A DNA stretch of 64,000 bases from Octopus sinensis (GCF_006345805.1 NC_043013.1:25792001-25856000), one strand, 5' to 3'. Counted from the stretch's first letter, positions 13,551-26,896 are shown. The notes: generated by a model from the letters alone, not told the origin. A program made the numbers and translations.

Positions 13551-14055
13551 AATATTGAGTTTCTAAATCTCTCGTAGAGAGGTGTACGGTGGTGGAGCGA
13601 TATAATGGTTGTATACTGTCAATCTAACAAGAACGTGACAGTAGTGGGTACACCACCGTTATATAGCCCTAGGAGGCATCGAACGCCTCCTGACAGCTTC
13701 GACACATTTTATCCTGTGTCCTTATATACACATACGAATATTTCTTATTTTGATAATCAGTGAATAGACTTCACTGACAATAGATATATACAAATACGAA
13801 GTCGAGACAGATATCGCCAGCTGACCGGTGTCTGCTACTCTAGGCCGATGAAGGACAATGATCCTGAAACACGGTGTCCCTAGATGCAGTTCCGGCGGTT
13901 GGGGGTGTTTGTCTCCCCTTCGTATGTGTATATAAGGACACAGGATAAAATGTGTCGAAGCTGTCAGGAGGCGTTCGATGCCTCCTAGGGCTATATAACG
14001 GTGGTGTACCCCCTACTGTCACGTTCTTGTTAGATTGACAGTATACAACCATTAT
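13551..14055 (+). mobile_element. Short Penelope-like terminal-repeat insertion with 5' inversion and 15-bp target-site duplication
   Basis: ATTACTGACTTAAGA at 13536-13550 and 14056-14070; 139-bp inverted repeat 13600-13738 / 13919-14057 (1 mismatch); hammerhead inside. Confidence 0.75.
13832..13889 (+). ncRNA. Type I hammerhead ribozyme, CCGAUGA core variant
   Basis: Stem I TCTAGG/CCTAGA (plus CTGC/GCAG), core CCGATGA 13845-13851, stem II AGGA/TCCT, GAAAC-ACGGT-GTC; predicted cleavage after 13878. Confidence 0.7.
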
Positions 14056-14888
14056 ATTACTGACTTAAGATAGCCATTATTTCCATAGAAAGAATAGCTA
14101 CGGAAACTTTATTGACAGCAAAATATGCTAAAAAGATATGTTAGCAAATATTACTAAACATGCAGAGAAACGGAGTTTGGTTGAGGGAAGAGCATGAAGT
14201 CACCGGTTGCTCGGTATTTAACTCACACAACAAGCATGTAGAGTATTGCTTTTCTCTTTATTAATACTAACACCTGTAATCTGTGTGTCTGTGATGTTCG
14301 CGAGGAGAAAGGAAGAATTACAACTGTGTTTCGTTGTCTGCTACCACAACAGCTCCTTTATAGGATCCAGTTAGCTCAAGACATCATCAAGAGGAACCAC
14401 GTCCGGTTTCGGCCCCTACTCCTCTACCGTTTTGACGTGGCGCATCCACCCCTCCAACTTTCGGAGGTATCTTCAGCTCTGGTGTTGGGTGCATGTCTTC
14501 CTTCTTCTCCTTTCTTCTTTTCCCTGGCCTCTTTGATGTAGCGTCAACGAGTGTCAGCGGGCGACTGACTGATTTTCAAATTTTTTCCTTTTAAATACCT
14601 GCTGCTAGGCTCCAGCAGGCAACCCCAGCAAGTTGTCACGTGACACTGTCTCAGCTTTAACTGACCAATGAAGGCGCGTAATCTTAGCCCACGCATTCTC
14701 TAAACGACCGTTACCTGTCAGTCAGCAAAGCTAATTCAGTGTCAGCTTGTCTCACCTAGTGATGTTATTTCCCGCCGGCATGTTATGACTTTCTTCTTCC
14801 TCCTTTCTCACTTCGTATACTAATATTTTGCTTGTTTATCAAACGTCATATCATAATGATAGAATAAGATATATACATATATACATAC

Positions 14889-14998
<110 letters not shown>

Positions 14999-15145
14999 GG
15001 TAGATACATACATACTATATACTCACATATCTTATATCTTAGCTGCTTTCTGTTATACGAGCAAAGCCATTGCTAGAAAGAATCATTGAAATGACTCAAT
15101 GTTTTTGCGAAGTATAAACTCTTTTGACATGCCTTTTCACACACA

Positions 15146-15210
<65 letters not shown>

Positions 15211-15681
15211 CAACTTTACAGAAAAACAACATACATATATTCGGCAATAGATAAATATTATTTAACGTACACAATATATAGCAGGTTTAATAACACGCCT
15301 AGAAAATATCTCCAATGTATGAAACTATTTATCAGTAATTCTTGCATGCATTCACACACACATGCATACATACATACATACATACATACATACATACATA
15401 CATACATACATACATACATACATCCATCCATCCATACATACATCCATATGCGCTAATACTGAATGAGTGACCTAAATGAATGACCTAAATGAATACTGAA
15501 TGAATTGGTGGATAAATATTCTTTATTTGTAGGTTAACAAGGCAACCAGTAGTTCCATGCGAAAAGATCTTGACAGTTGTTCAAGTATGCCTCATGGGAG
15601 TGTTGGTACTCATCTTCATTTTGGATGATATAAACAGAACAAAGTTTAACTATTTTATCGCAGATCGAAAGAAATTAGGAA

Positions 15682-16035
15682 CAACCCGACTTGATTTTCA
15701 AAATTTACTGTGTTCTCATTAGAGGCGCCTTCCTCAGTTTGACCAATACTAGAGAAACAAAAATCCAGTCTGTTTATATACTCAACAATTCCTGAAGCTA
15801 CAGACAAACGGAGCAAGTAATTTACATACCGTACGTGTTTCATACTTTATCTAATATCAGGGGCCTTTCAACAGGGATCTCAGTCCACACGGTACCAAGG
15901 TAGGATACAACAGTTGTAACCTATATAGAAGATACATAAAGAGGGAAAATTTAACATTTTCCTCGCTGGTTGAAAAAATATGATGAACAGCTTTAATCGA
16001 TTTTCGAACCATGTTGGATTCTCATCAGAGTTGTT
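15682..16035 (-). pseudogene. Two degenerate hammerhead motifs in a ~306-bp diverged tandem repeat
   Basis: Minus strand 16035-15986: CTGATGA-GAATC..GTTC-GAA-AATCGATT-A; minus strand 15727-15682: CTAATGA-GAAC..TTTT-GAAAATCAAGTC. Confidence 0.5.
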
Positions 16036-16126
16036 TACATCATTTTGACCAATCACAGAGAAACAAGCAGCATATACATATATACACACACACACACCAC
16101 ACACACACACACCACACACACACACA

Positions 16127-16185
<59 letters not shown>

Positions 16186-16223
16186 TGATCAAAATAAAAT
16201 AAAAACATGATGCGAAGGACTCA

Positions 16224-16300
16224 GCGGTACATATGTTTCGGGCCTTTATTAGACAGATTTTAACAATGCATAATGTATGTCTGTGGCCTTCTTCAGCCCG
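16224..16300 (-). ncRNA. Type I hammerhead ribozyme (CUGAAGA core, long stem II insert)
   Basis: Minus strand: CTGAAGA-A-GGCC...GGCC-C-GAAAC-ATAT-GTA-CCGC; stem I weakened by a 1-nt deletion relative to the 18838 copy. Confidence 0.6.
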
Positions 16301-18114
16301 CACAACAGCTTCCACAAGGACATGTGTTACATCAAAAATTCTTGGTTGGGGATGCAAATCCTCTCATTCACGTACGACATAATGCGGCAGCAGCATAGAG
16401 TTGAAGCGTCCATCTCTTTCTTCTCTCAATGTAGAATGAGGAAAATTGGATGTTGAGGTAATGTAAGTAAATAAATACATATATAGAGGTGAAGATGGAG
16501 GGGCGAGAGTTCGGGACGAGGTAAAAAATGTATAAAAAGTGTAAGTATAGAATAATATAAAAATGTAGAGGATAAAGGGTTGTAAGTAGATGTAAAGGGG
16601 TATAAAGAAATATAAAGTAAAAATAGAAAAATAGAATAAAAGTAAAAAAACCTGATAAACATGTAAAGATAAGGGATGTATAGAGGTTATGGACCAAGCA
16701 TGGTGGTCAGAGATGATGATAAATTTAGTTGTAGAATTGTCAGTACATCAACAGTTTCGTCTGGGGACTTAATGCGTTGTAGATCAGAGCTGATGAGCAT
16801 TTAATCTGGTTCCTTGAATTAAATGGACTTCTAGTACATACATATCATCATGGATATATACACCCCATACACGCGTACATATACGCCTCCAAGCCTATAA
16901 GCATACACACGCACTCGCGTGTAAACACGTACATAAACACACACGCACCCACACGCATGCGCGTACACACACATACATACAACAGAATATCCGCATATAT
17001 ACACGGACATTACGCGCGTACACGCTCACATGTATATACGCGCGCCCATCACTACATACACACACGTATATGCCCACGCCTCTAGGTCCAGGTATAAGAA
17101 ATTAAAGGATGTGTATAAGAACGTATGTAAAGAATCCCGTACTCATGTCAATACGCGCACGCACACACGGCTGTGTGTCCGTATGTGCGTGCACATATAC
17201 ACCCATATACACACACACACGCGCACATGGGTATAGCTATAAGATATCGAAGTATGCATGTACATATATGCGCGTGCACATGTATGTATGCGTATACACA
17301 CGTACGCGGACGCTCGTATATTCAAAAGGTGGATCCATAGGTAAGTAAATAAACATATATAGAGGTGTAAGCGATAAGTTAGGGGTAAGAATGAGGGTAA
17401 GGGTAAAGATTAGAAATAAAAAATACAGTATAAAAAGAAATACAATGTAATAGTTAGAAATGAAGTATAAGAATTATAAAAATTATAAGAGTTAAGGTAA
17501 GGGATGAAAATGAAAATGAGAATAAATGGAAGTAGAATAAAAGTAAAAATAAAATTAAAAATAAAAATAAAAATAAATGGAAGTAGGATAAAAGTAAAAA
17601 TAAAAATAAAGTAAAACTAAAAATAAAATAAAATGATAAAAAATAATTTTGTAAAGTTTAAAGTTGTGTGTTAAACGTAGGGGCGGGCGGGGGAAACTGA
17701 AAATTGGAAGGGTGGGAAGTGGAGTTTGGCGGTGTGCGTTCAACATCTGAGTTAGAAATGTGAAAGGGTATAGATATAGGGGATTAAAGAGACTACATAG
17801 GGAGGATATGGGTGTAGGAGAAGAAATATTTAGGGAAAAGAAGTCATATATGGAGACAAAATTTGTATATATAGGGGGAAAATGCAGCAGGGAACCCTAT
17901 ATGCACGTACACACACCACACACACACACACCACACGCACATGTACATATATATGTATATGTACACATACGTACACGTATGTGCACATACATACGCACAC
18001 ACACACACATACACATATACACGCACATATAGGAAAGCGGGATGTGCTGGAGCCGACAGGTTGCACCGGGTGGGAGGAAATTGCATGGGGGAGTTGGTAT
18101 AAGACTTAAGCATT

Positions 18115-18560
18115 GTAGTATTTGAAAGTATTAATAAGTTTATGTATACAGGATGGTTTGAACTCTGAACCTTTTGTTAATAAGATTGTGTTTGTCTTTG
18201 AATTTCAAGATGTTAAGGAGTTCTACACAGCATAGTTTGCATCCTGCTCTATTATTTAAATAAGGTGCAGCTGATCCGATGATGGACCATCTGAGTTTGA
18301 AGCCTATGCATTTGTCTTTTAATTCCCAAATCTTTTAGAGAGGGAGGTGCTGTTAGCCTTATGTCTGTGTCTCAGCGAGGACCGGTGGTTGTAGTATCTG
18401 GATTTCCAGGAGGTTGAGCAACCAAATAGGTGAGTGTGTTAAACTGAGTACTCACCTCACATGAGTATATTACGTTTTTTCGCCCTACATGCGCCCTGCA
18501 GCGGGCACTCTGATGCACATCTGCAGTTGCATTGCATTGCATTGTTCGGTCGTGTGCTGC
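18115..18560 (-). pseudogene. PLE Cys-rich linker and GIY-YIG endonuclease remnant (frameshifted)
   Basis: Manual translation across frameshifts: CNCRCASECPLQGACRAK/NVIYSCEVSTQFNTLTY.GCSTSWKSRYYNHRSSLRH...IWELKDKCIGFKLRWSII..AAPY...CKLCCVELLNI...INKR/SEFKPSCIHK. Confidence 0.8.
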
Positions 18561-18837
18561 TAATCCCAGGCGGAGGTGTTGCAATACGAGTGGGGGCGAT
18601 GGTATCCTCCTGGTTGTTGATGGGTGTAGTATTTTCTCTTTGTGTTGGCGGGTGTTATTACTAACTGTTTGGTAGTATGGCTGCCAGTCTGGTTATATTG
18701 TCTACTGTCTGGATGAGGGGGGTTCTATTGGTCGCTATGGTTTGCTCTTGATCTAGCCGTTCTAATATTAATATAGTTATGTTTAGCTATGAGGCAGCTC
18801 ATGTTGGGCAGGGTAGAAGCTGTGGAAGCTGTTGTGC

Positions 18838-18881
18838 GCGGCTGAAGAAGGCCACAGACAGGCCCGAAACATATGTACCGC
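18838..18881 (+). ncRNA. Type I minimal hammerhead ribozyme
   Basis: Stem I GCGG/CCGC, core CTGAAGA 18842-18848, stem II GGCC/GGCC (A.C mismatch at base), GAA-ACATATGT-A; predicted cleavage after 18877. Confidence 0.7.
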
Positions 18882-19032
18882 TGAGTCCTTCGCATCATGT
18901 TTTTATTTTATTTTGATCAATTTACTCCACCACCTACACCACCAAACGGTATACACAGGTGCTTATAATTATCAAGTACTCACCCCGAATTTCTATATAT
19001 ATATATATATATATTTATTTATTTATATATAT

Positions 19033-19885
19033 AACTTATAAATAAGGGCAAACGAAAAAATTTCTAATGCCAAATATGCCTCAATTGGACATATTGTCCA
19101 TAACCATATAATTTTTCACAATACGCACGCTACTCGAAAAAAGGCCGACAGACATTACTAAAAAATTCCATTATTACCATATCGGACCGATTTCAGGGTT
19201 AGTTCGTAAGAACCTTGGAAAAAATTTTATCCTACATTAAATATAAATTTAATAGTGTTCACTTCCGGACTCTCTCTGTGAGAGCCTCAGTTCAAATCGC
19301 ACGTGTTGGAGTATTTCTATTTTTGGAGTATTTGGGGTACTTAATTGTGCTCATGACTTAGTGTTTTGCTTCTTCCATGGGTATGAGTAAGTATCTCATT
19401 TATTTCTTTGCCACATTTATCAGTGACGAAGGGAGGGTTCTTACGAACTAACCCTGAAATCGGTCCGATATGGTAATAATGGAATTTTTTAGAAATGTCT
19501 GTTGGCCTTTTTTTTCGAGTAGCGTGCGTATTGTGAAAAATTATATGGTTATGGACAATATGTCCAATTGAGGCATATTTGGCATTAGAAAGTTTTTCGT
19601 TTGCCCTTATTTATAAGTTGTTTATAATTTTAACCTTTAAAGGTATTTTTTGATATGCTGGCCATTGATAAAATTTTTTTTCGAAAAAAATTTATCCTAC
19701 ATTAAATATAAATTTAATAGTGTTCACTTCCGGACTCTCTCTGTGACAGCCTCAGTTCAAATTGTACGTGTCTTGAATTGGCTGGAGTATTTCTATTTTG
19801 GATGTATTTGGGGTACTTAATTGTGCTCATGACTTAGTGTTTTGCTTCTTCCATGGGTATGAGTAAGTATCTCATTTATTTCTTA
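19033..19885. mobile_element. Rearranged PLE-like terminal repeat: inverted (19033-19214 / 19436-19619) and direct (~19218-19408 / ~19685-19883) duplications
   Basis: Repeats read directly; degenerate hammerhead at 19419-19469 (GTGACGA-AGGG...CCCT-GAAATCGGTC-CGAT). Confidence 0.6.
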
Positions 19886-20167
19886 TATATTGTAAGGGCA
19901 ATTACAAGAAGTATTGCCACACGCTCAAAGAAGACGCCAAATGGCTCTAAACTACTTTATAACATATACACATGCGCCGAAAGCGAAGGAATGAATAAAA
20001 GGATTTTCTGGAAAAAGTTTAGTCATTTATCGAAAGATTTCAAGGTTAGTGATGAAATATATTCTCCTATCATCAGTATGACATAACTACAAATTCATAA
20101 ATATAAACATTTATATTTAAACATAAATATAAACATACATACAGTGACTGGCCTTACTATAATTTTA

Positions 20168-20398
20168 TAAGGCGAGCTGGCAGAACCGTTAGCACGCCGG
20201 GCGAAATGCGTAGCCGTATTTCGTCTGCCGTTACGTTCTGAGTTCAAATTCCGCCGAGGTCGACTTTGCCTTTCATCCTTTCGAGGTCGATAAAATTAAG
20301 TACCAGTTACGCACTTGGGTCGATGTAATCGACTTAATCCCTTTGTCTGTCCTTGTTTGTCCCCACTATGTTTAGCCCCTTGTGGGTAATTAAGAAAC
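20168..20398 (+). mobile_element. SINE family A copy
   Basis: Full head, core and tail; another copy at ~21557-21740. Confidence 0.85.
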
Positions 20399-21263
20399 AT
20401 AATTTTATAATTATATTCATAAAATTATACACTTTGTATTAATTTTTTTACCTTAATTGGTTTTACACGCTGAAACTACTTAATTTTAATTGATATATAT
20501 ATATAATCTTCCTCAAGGTATACAATATCATAGAGTATTACAACCGATCTTACCAATCGGTTTTGCACTGGGTATCAGAACTGAATGTTATATAACATCA
20601 CGGTTAAGTAACCCCACATACTCTGCAGAGATGGCAGGTATGGAAAAGAATAGTGACTGCTCTCCGTTAATGAAGGTGAAAGAAAGCCACCTCCGATTTG
20701 TGGGTGCTGGAAAAAGAGGAAATGGAATCATGGGATGCGAACTGAATAAGGGTTTTATCAATAGTTATGTTTTGTTTGAATTGTTTACAGTTCACCTCTC
20801 AAAAGGAAAGTTCAGCAATGCCATATTATGACGCGGTGTCTGCCCGAGAATTACATTAATGTCGTTAAGAAGCACATGGCTGTGGAATACTCAACCACTT
20901 AAACGCTAATTCAATGAGTCTAGAAGTTCATTTGATCAAGCAACTCAAATCCATCATCGGAAATTGTGAGCGAGATCGATCGATTGATCGATCAAATCAT
21001 CCATCTGGATGCACATGCATAGACACATGCATTCTTTTATCTTTCTAATTGTTTCTGTTATTGGAGTGAAGCCAAGCTGGAGCAAATTTTTTGAAGGGAT
21101 TTTTGTCAACCAAATTGACCTCAGAATTTGATGTTCAAGTGTGGTCCTTTTTCTTTCTTATCTTTTTTACCGAACCGTTTATATCACAGGAACATAAACA
21201 AACCAACACTGGATTCATGCAGTGGGAAATAAACACCCAAGATGCACGCATACACGCACACAA

Positions 21264-21294
<31 letters not shown>

Positions 21295-21445
21295 CACACA
21301 CACACTCACACACATGATTGTTTCTTCTATAGTTTGTATACCCAGACACACAAATACTGTGTGAAGAATCCAGTACTGATTACAAAGCCAAAAATAATAT
21401 TTATTATGCATTAATATTTTGTTATCATTATTATCATCATTGTTA

Positions 21446-21481
<36 letters not shown>

Positions 21482-22247
21482 TATTATTATTATTATTATT
21501 ATTATTGTTGTTGTTGTTGTTGTTGTTGTTGTTATTATTATTATTATTATTATTAGGTGACGGGCTAGCAGAATCGTTAGAACAGCGGGCAAAATGCTTA
21601 GCGGTATTTCGTCCGTCTTTACGTTCTGAGTTCAAATTCCGCCCAGGTCGACTTTACCTTTCATCCTTTCGGTGTCATTAAAATAAGTACCTACAGTCTT
21701 CTCCGAAATTGCTGGCCTTGTGCCAAAATTTGAAATCGCTATCTATTATTGATAATTTTAATTATTAAAAGTAAGTGTTTGGTCCGAAGTCCCGTCAATA
21801 CTGGTTGCGGCAAACCGCCTGTTTTGAAAAGCCCGCATTGGCAAAACTTCGTGGTAAAATATCGTATATAAGATTTAGCATATACATTTTTGTATATATG
21901 TGTTTGTATGTGTGTATATATGTCTATGTATGTACGATGTGTGTGTATATTTATACATATGTGCGTGCGTATATGTATATACCCATACATTCGCACATAC
22001 ACACACCCGTATGTCTGGGTCTTGAGATGCACCGAGTGCATTAGCACTCGCAACCATCTTGCTCACCACCCACTGATATATGGTACGACATATGTATGAG
22101 TGAGTGTGCGCGTTTTTGTATGTTAGCGCGTGTGTATCTGTATATGGGTGATCAGATGCATCTGTTACATTAGTACTTACCGCTAACTTGCTTATCGCTC
22201 GTTGCCTCTCTCTTGCCCTTTTGGTGAAACAGAAAACGGCCTAGTGT

Positions 22248-22302
<55 letters not shown>

Positions 22303-23334
22303 GCGTGCGTGCGTGTGTGTGTGTGAGTGTGTGTGCGTGTGTGTGTGTGTGTGCGCGAGTAAGTCTCCTCCTCTGTCAGCACTCAGTTGCTTCCTTACCA
22401 GGATAAGAGAAATCGTACTTGCCAGGCTTCTCCACGGCTACAAATGCAACTGGGGAGGTTTTCGGGGCTTTTGAAGCAACAATGGCTCACAGAAATATAG
22501 CGTGCATATCCAGTTTAATAGATATGCTGTAGCATCGGTCTTTGTCAGTCTTTGTGGGTGAGTCCAGTAGGATAAAGGCCTGGGTTGTACATTGTGAGAG
22601 GGAAAGATGTTGTAGCGGGCAGTCTTCAATCGGTTTCTGCAACTGGGAAGAGTTAACAGCGAAGATTGTGGTGCTCGGAGATGCTTACTCCCAATGCTTC
22701 ATTGCGCAAGTATGTTCTGCACCAACTTAGATTATAATCTTTACAAAAATTCTGGTGGTGAGGGCGACGAAAGCAGATATTAAATTGCTGGGGGCTTCCT
22801 GTAAGATCTCAACAAATCAAAGGTACAATGCAAAAGTGGTAAGCAACAGAAACTGAGTCGAGTGACCCTTAGCAGACCTCCATCCGAGCATTCTTATCTA
22901 GGGATCGTGCTGTTTACCTCAGTCAGGATTTCCACTTAGCTATCGAAAAAGACTTACCAAAGCATACTCCACCCCGGCTCTGCCCTCTAGACTCTAGCGT
23001 TGAAGTCTTCATAGCTTATTGACTGAACGGAGCGTTGCAATTTTCCGAAACTCATCGTTCTCGGAAATCGAAGGACTAAAAAAAAATCATGAGTTTCCAA
23101 GAATTTCCCTGGAATAGATACCTAGTTATTTTTTATTTTTAACTCTCTTATTTTATGATTTAGTGTTTTAGGTACTCGTAAGCAAGTATCATGAATATAT
23201 GAAAAAATTATTCCACTAAAAGACACAATTTTATCAAAAACTCCAGCAATTCACGAAAAAGAAAATGAATATTTTCCAGAATATTAAAAAAAAAATTCCG
23301 TTCAATAATATTGTCAAACAAAGATATTATGTTG

Positions 23335-23555
23335 ATGGGTTCTTCTTCACAATGGTTCCTCTGCTTTGTGGCAGAAGTAGGAAGAAAGAGTGAGAGAAAG
23401 TTGTGGTGAAAGTGTGCAGCGGGATTCACCCTCCTCCTTGCCGGAGCCTCAATAAACACTCAATAAACACTCACAATGTCCGGTCTGAGAATCGAAATCA
23501 CATTCTTATGACCGCGTGTCCGCTGCCCCAACCACTGGGCCATTGCGCCTCCGCG
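23335..23555 (-). mobile_element. SINE family C copy
   Basis: Reverse complement of the 7415 head (CCACTGGGCCATTGCGCCTCCGC at ~23532-23555). Confidence 0.7.
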
Positions 23556-25484
23556 TTGATGGGGTTGTCGCTAAAACCTGATGAAAAGTTTCGTAACAAA
23601 GACTCCTCCTACTTTGATGAACATTGAAAAAGGAATAGCGCTGAAGGCAAGAAACCCTACTGCAACTAAACATGTATGCCTTGTAATTTCAAATATTTTC
23701 ATTTCTTTTACAATGATTTTCTATCATCTAAATCGTTCTCTAAATCGTTTTTAGCTATTTTGTTAGCTGTACCATTTAATCTCTATTGCTGGGACCTTTC
23801 TTTTGATAGAGTGGGGATTTCAATTAAAGTTCGAAATGGGAAAGAGAAGATCCTTATGACAAACTGATAAACATTCTTTTGCTCAAGCAAGTTGGCAGAA
23901 TCGTTAGCACGTCGGACAAGACGCTTAGCGATATTTCGTCTGTCTTTATGTTCCAAGTTCAAATGCGGCTGAGGTCGATTTTCAGGGTTACCGCATCTTT
24001 CGAAATTGCTGGCCTTGTTCCAAAATTTGATACCAATGTTTAGCCGTAAACTTTCTGAAGGTAAAATTTGAAAATGAAAGAAAATTATCCAAACACTCAA
24101 TAAATCCAATTATATTTTTATTGATTTCCTGTTCGATTCTTTTCTTGATAAATTCTCTTAAGATAAACATTGGTTATATCTTGTGGAATCAATTGTAGAG
24201 TAAAAACAAACGCATTTTCTACAGAGATCAAGGTTGCATCGCTTCAACCTAATTTTTCAACTCCATCTTTAATTAGCTTCAATGCTGATTGTAACAACAT
24301 TAACAGCATTAAATTCATTGTCTTAAAACCAAATGGTTACCTCATAAATCTGGAAATACAGCTGTTAAGCAACAAGAATCGCTCTAACGTTGCAAACAAA
24401 CCATTCCATCATGTTTTAGTGGTATTAATTGCGATTCATGACCACACTCATCTTTAAATTATTCCCGAAGTATTTCATTTCTTTTTTATTTGTTGGAGAT
24501 CTGCGAAATAAACTGGTAATTGCTCTCATCTTTTTAAAATAACATTGCCAATACTTTAATTTTCTTCAGTGGAAATGTCTTCTGCAACCGGAGCCTTTTC
24601 ACTAAGTTTAATTTACTACCTATCTGCATAGTTATCAACAACAGCATGACTGCAGAATCGACATTTTGATCTTCATCGAACTAGTCGGCATCATTACAAG
24701 AGTTATTGGTAAAATTAACTATATTACAATTCAATTGTTATTTGATAAAGAATATCTCAAATATTTCTTTCTGCCCATACTCCAAGAATCTCACATTTTA
24801 ACAAACCGCATGCATAGATCTACGCATTGCAAATTATTCTAGATACCGTCTTCAGATCAGCCAGAAGCAAATCAATTCTATAAATGTTTTCCCAGAGCAA
24901 CATAGCAAGCGAGCTTGCAACTATTTATTCTATTGTAATTCAATTCTAATGTTTGTCTCATCATGTTCGTGTAGTGTTTTTACTAATAGTGAATAACAGT
25001 ACACTAAAACGCCGTTCCACATTTTTAATGTTTTATATTGCGACGTTTCATTTTTCTTTTGTCGGGGGTTATAAAAAACATTCTGTATAAGCTTACTTAC
25101 ATTTAATCCTATCAAAAATCTCACAAACAATACGAGCTGTTTCTCCATCTATTTGCACGTACAGAGATACTTGGTTAACAACCTTTCTGGATATTTTATA
25201 GTGTTAATTGCTGGTAGGGACACCGTATTTCATTATGCAATCATAATAGACTTCCAAGTATATTAAAGCCTTATAAGTTAATACTTTGCCCTACTCGTGT
25301 TAGCAGTGAGATTCAATCACTTTTTAAAGCTGTCTCTACAAATTTTTAAATAGAAATTAGAGTCAGCACTGAAAGTCACGACGCTTTGTATGTAAACACT
25401 GCGATCAAAGATAGAAAAATAGGTATAGGCAATTGGTAAATCCAATTGTGTTACATCGCTAAATTTAGTGCCCTTTTAAGCAAT

Positions 25485-25660
25485 GGGTTCGTGGATAGTT
25501 AATGGGTTGGATGGTAAATGGGTTCGTGGATGGTTAGTGGGTTGGATGGTTAGTGGGTTGGAGGATTAATGGGTTCGTAGATGGTTAATGGGTTGGATGG
25601 TTAATGGGTTGGATGGTCAATGGGTTGGATGATTAATGGGTTCGTAGATGGTTAATGGGT
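25485..25660. repeat. 16-19-bp minisatellite (AATGGGTTGGATGGTT / AATGGGTTCGTGGATGGTT, ~10 units)
   Basis: Direct reading; followed by a degenerate hammerhead-like motif at ~25666-25711. Confidence 0.8.
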
Positions 25661-26141
25661 AAGATGTGTTGCTGAGAAAAGAGCAAGAACTCCCGAAACA
25701 TGTATATACACCCATTTCCCATTTTTCTATCTTCGATCGCATTGTTTATATAAACGTATTCGAATACGAAACGTAACTTTCATTGCTGGCTCTAATTTCT
25801 ATAGAAAAATCTGTAGAGTTAAAGCGTGATTTTATACTATGTACTTTACTGGGAGGTTTTTGTTCAGTTTGTTGATATATCAACCGAGGAAAGTTTATTA
25901 AATATTAAATTCAGTGAATCTGATGAAATACAAAATAAAGAATTTTTTAATCAATGAATTAACAAAGAAAATTACAATAATCGATTTGCTGTACAACTGA
26001 AGCGACATTACTCCAATGCTTTGAGTCGGTGGAGCGTACTAAACCAAAAACATAAATTCGTGGTTACACATTCGCCAGCGTGAACGATCTACATAAAACT
26101 ATGAATTTCATTTCTAACGCTGATATTATTATTTATTTATT

Positions 26142-26242
<101 letters not shown>

Positions 26243-26896
26243 GTTATTATTATCATTATTATTATTAAAGAAGTTTTGCCGAGTGGAATGTATTTCACTG
26301 AGGAGGTCTTATAAAACCGAAACATGTCCATTGCTTTCACTAATTGGTTTTAAAGACATGATCCACTCATCGTCAGTATTTTCCCAAAATTTTACATGGC
26401 TGATGTTATTGGTGTAACAACTCTGGCTTGTTCTTCATACTCTAAACATCTCCAGAGGAAGTTTTGCTGACTAATCACATGGACATCCTTGATTAATCAT
26501 ATTTTTCAACTCACTTTCTTAAATCCTAATTGATGGAGGGCCTTCTTTCTGCAGTCTCTATCACTTCTACTCTTTTAGCAGTTGCTCTAAACCAGTGGTT
26601 CTCAGATGGGGTCCATATGGTTCTTGGGGTTCGCATAAGATTTTGCTGTTGAAATTTATGTGCAGTACATTGGTTATACTTCTAAAATGCACAAAATATT
26701 TTAACAATATTTTTATACAATTATTAATAATATTTAATTAGGAGTGGCTGTGGGGTAAGAAGCTTACTTCCCAACCACATGGTTCTGGGTTCAGTCCCAC
26801 TGTGTGGCACCTTGGGCAAGTGTCTTCTACTATAGCCTCCAGCCGACCAAAGCCCTGTGAGTAGATTTGGTAGACGGAAACTGAAAGAAGCCCGTC

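Larger units (their letters stand above)
16185..18994 (-). mobile_element. 5'-truncated Penelope-like element with GIY-YIG remnant and inverted 5' terminal repeat
   Basis: GIY-YIG remnant on minus at ~18115-18560; 16185-16318 is the reverse complement of 18821-18920; both outer ends abut (TA)n. Confidence 0.75.

Noticed and set aside
16785-16835. CTGATGA followed by a hairpin (also CTGATGA at ~23579, ~37913 and on the minus strand at ~340 and ~42112)
   Set aside because: No correctly placed GAAA, stem III and stem I partner; a 7-mer is expected by chance.
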